Shown here: piece by piece, positions 63,669 to 64,000 of the stretch | Layout: each line of letters opens with the position of its first letter | Position numbering within the stretch: position 1 is the stretch's first letter | The notes under the pieces: model-generated | The model's input: only the letters and a program-made list of their open reading frames with translations | Databases searched by the model: none | Told to the model about the DNA's origin: nothing | Program-made: the position numbers and the translations under genes | Assembly (NCBI GenBank): GCA_965203295.1 | Contig: CBDBCZ010000011.1 | Coordinates: 512,001 to 576,000, forward strand | Reading direction: 5' to 3' | DNA: 64,000 bases | From: Nitrospirales bacterium | Lineage (GTDB): Bacteria > Nitrospirota > Nitrospiria > Nitrospirales > UBA8639

Positions 63669-64000
63669 TCACTTGGTGCACACGACACAGGTCAGTTCTT
63701 TCTCTCGGTCGTAGGGTGGGCAGGGGAATTCATCGCAGGTGGCTTCAGTGTGGTAAAACAGAGCTGAATTTGTGTATGCAGGAATGTCTGGTATACTCTC
63801 TGGATCTTTGTCTACGCACTCGAACATTGATCGGCGATGACCTTTGTGTGCTGACATGAGGTAGCCAGTGTACTCGAGGGTCCAGGAGGGTGGACACTGG
63901 GTCTTTGCAGGGATCATGAGAACTGCCACTCTGGCTGAGGTGACGCACATGGCACAAGGTACCCCATGGCTACTAACAGAGCTTAGTGGGCGACGGTTTG
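63669..64000 (-). CDS. Short-chain collagen C4, copy 6 (3' half of NC1; runs off the window)
   Basis: [15 protein letters not shown]...[21 protein letters not shown]...ELTCVVCTK*. Confidence 0.88.
   Translation of the reverse strand, partial: NRRPLSSVSSHGVPCAMCVTSARVAVLMIPAKTQCPPSWTLEYTGYLMSAHKGHRRSMFECVDKDPESIPDIPAYTNSALFYHTEATCDEFPCPPYDREKELTCVVCTK

Overview
Eukaryotic, intron-rich animal DNA, most likely from a demosponge (inferred from short-chain collagen C4/spongin-type genes and sponge-expanded secreted and multi-TM families). Conserved genes were reconstructed by hand from GT-AG exons: the 3' part of RCAN/calcipressin (125-3872), a complete RagA/B GTPase (6857-14202), MRPL36 (23681-23941, minus), and head-to-head with it the N-terminal region of RanBP2/Nup358 (16 exons, 24244-42477, no stop found). 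Fast-evolving duplicated families sit between and inside these genes. They are a secreted Cys-rich protein nested antisense in an RCAN intron plus its pseudogene, three claudin/PMP22-like genes, two Cys-rich multi-TM genes nested antisense in a RanBP2 intron, and an array of more than 19 kb with six short-chain collagen C4 copies and three signal-peptide-only mini-genes. That array may also lie in a RanBP2 intron. Mobile DNA includes a truncated Gypsy element (LTR plus tRNA-Leu PBS), two Crypton remnants with terminal palindromes, many MITEs with readable TIRs/TSDs, and a repeat with short TIRs that carries a whole tRNA-Thr(AGT)-like Pol III unit internally. Coordinates were counted by eye and family calls come from recalled motifs, not database searches.
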